Assembly (NCBI RefSeq): GCF_006345805.1
Contig: NC_042997.1
Span: 20,894,001 to 20,958,000 of the forward strand
Direction of reading: 5' to 3'
DNA from: Octopus sinensis
Taxonomy: Eukaryota
Length of the DNA: 64,000 nucleotides
Positions 62,140 through 64,000 of this stretch are shown piece by piece; the first letter of the stretch is position 1; the number at the start of each line of letters is the position of its first letter. The notes beneath the pieces were generated by a model. The model did not search any database. It saw only the letters and a list, made by a program, of their open reading frames with translations, and had not been told where the DNA came from. A program made the position numbers and the translations under genes.

Positions 62140-64000
62140 ATTAAAATAATGAACAAAAAAGACCCACATGTAGATAGGACATCACAAATTCAATTACTAC
62201 ACCACCACTCTCCCCATCACCATTACCAGTTTCCCACCTGCATTGAAACACTTGATCGGATCTTTCTAATGCACCTTATCGCCACTCATTGCAGACCTTT
62301 ATGATCTTCATTTGCGAGATCCAGCTTCTTAGGAGCAGTCCCCACCACATAGTCTCACGTCTTCCTAGATCTCTCACTTTCTGATGTTCCATCTAGTACA
62401 AGCATTCAGCACAAGTTCATGCAAATAACCCCAGCTCTCATGCATATCACATTTCCATACCAGCACATTTTTCTCTCATGTGCTCTAAATCTGACTTCTC
62501 TTACACTCTACTGTCCTCTGTTATTTATGCCCCTTCGTTCATGCACACTAACATCACAAATCAAGCAGAACACACTTATTCCATTTCTTAACAGTTTTCA
62601 CAACTTCTCTGCACTCAAGATCCAAACTTCAATACCATGCAACATCAGCATTCGTATACAAATGTCATACAATCTGCACAATCTACCATTCACTATGAGA
62701 AAGAAATTGTTCGCTATCAGCAGTAACAGCTCCTTGGACTTAAACTTGTGGCTGCTATATTTTCGAAATACCTCGCCATTTTTAATAATATCACTTAGGT
62801 AACACAACATTTCAATTATTTCTTAGGGCTTGGATCATTTTTCAAGTATACTGCTTGAAAGGTGCAGCTCTTTTAATTTTGGCTTCTTTCCTTGCTAACT
62901 ATACATCACATGCTTAGCCATTTGTTACTGTTCTTTTACCCTCTCCTTCCTTTGTTTATTCTTCCAGCCTAGTTTCGTAGATTTTTATGTCTCTAACTAT
63001 GGGCAATATTTAGTTGGATCTGTATACCAACTAAATACTTTGTCTGAAGCTGACTGCAAGTTGTCTAGCAAAAGTATTCATTTGTACATGGTGTTATAAG
63101 TTTCGTTTTTCATTTTCCGTTTTTTCTTCTTTTTGTTTTTGTTCTTCCATCATGAATCTACAAATTTCTGAGTGGAGAGTTCTTTTCAAATCATCCTCCT
63201 CCAAGCAGTTTGTTTTACTGGATCCGTTTTGCTCTTGCTCTTAAGTTACTAATCATTGGTATATGTTATATGATATGTCTCTTCATTAGAGAAAGATTTC
63301 TGCGGCAGATTCTTTTGAAGCTACTGTTGCCACTGTAAGTCCTTTGAATCACGAAACTTAAAGGTTCCTCATTCATACACATTCTTATAGCCTCTGTGTA
63401 CACCCAAGAAGTCATCATGATATTGCCCAAAATGTACATTAAAGCCTTTAATGCAGATAAAGAAGTCACTATCATTCTATATTGTGGAGGCGCGTGGCTT
63501 AGTGTTTAGGGTGTTGAACTCATGATTGTAAGGTTGTGGTTTCGATTCCTGGACTGGGTGATGCGTTGTGTTCTTGAGCAAAACACTTCATTTCACGTTG
63601 CTCCAGTCCACTCAGCTGGCAAAAATGAGTAACACTGCAATGGACTGGTGTCCCGTCCAGCTGGGGAACACATATGCCATTGAAACCGGGAAACCGGGCC
63701 CACGAGCGTGGCTAGGCTTTAAAAGGGCGCATTTATTTATTATTATCATTCTATATTGGAGTAGTCTTTAGAATGGCCTGTTAAAAACAGTTCACTTTTT
63801 TTTTACATTTACATCCCCTTAATAAAGGTCACCATGCAGAGATAAAAGTCACTCACGTTACCCATGATTAGCTCCACTTAACTATTCTACCCATGCTAAG
63901 CTTACTTATTTTACTTTAATAACTTTATCTACCAAATTCTCTGCAAAAAAATATGTCTACTCCTTCAATATACTCCATTGCAGTTACCTTCACAGAAAAA
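62140..64000 (-). mobile_element. Old, degenerate RTE LINE (endonuclease and C-terminal pieces), interrupted by a SINE and running off the window
   Basis: ILFAENLVDKVIKV (about 63900-63950), SDFFICIKGFNVHFGQ...GVHRGY (about 63380-63470), LCYLSD...RLYDICIR.LMLHGIEVW (62598-62810), RSRKT*DYV. Confidence 0.7.
63485..63743 (+). mobile_element. SINE family D (tRNA head; V/Meta-domain-like centre), 15-bp TSD
   Basis: A box tggcttagtg, B box gtttcgattcc; gttgtgttcttgagcaaaacact...gctccagtccactcagctg; TSD tatcattctatattg at 63470-63484 and 63744-63758. Confidence 0.9.

Overview
AT-rich, microsatellite-dense eukaryotic DNA made almost entirely of transposable-element remnants. The SINE repertoire and microsatellite density suggest an octopod cephalopod such as Octopus (inference from recall, not searched). 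I found no confidently identifiable host exon, rRNA, true tRNA gene or CRISPR array. Main content: (1) five R4/Dong-like restriction-endonuclease (REL) non-LTR pieces stacked head-to-tail in an (AAT)n tract at 14.3-19.9 kb, the first with an intact 478-codon ORF, plus a sixth copy on the minus strand beside (TTA)n at 50.5-52.6 kb; (2) many RTE-clade LINE fragments, one with a C4HC3 PHD finger inside its reverse transcriptase; (3) three Helitrons; (4) mariner, Tigger/pogo, Chapaev3-like and hATm-like DNA transposon remnants; (5) Penelope GIY-YIG remnants and a degenerate minimal hammerhead ribozyme motif; (6) several long foldback/MITE structures; (7) at least four tRNA-type SINE families, many with clear target-site duplications (TSDs), including dimers with a recurrent junction. 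Most ORFs in the supplied track are microsatellite artefacts. Coordinates of degenerate fragments are approximate. Family names come from motif recognition, not database searches.
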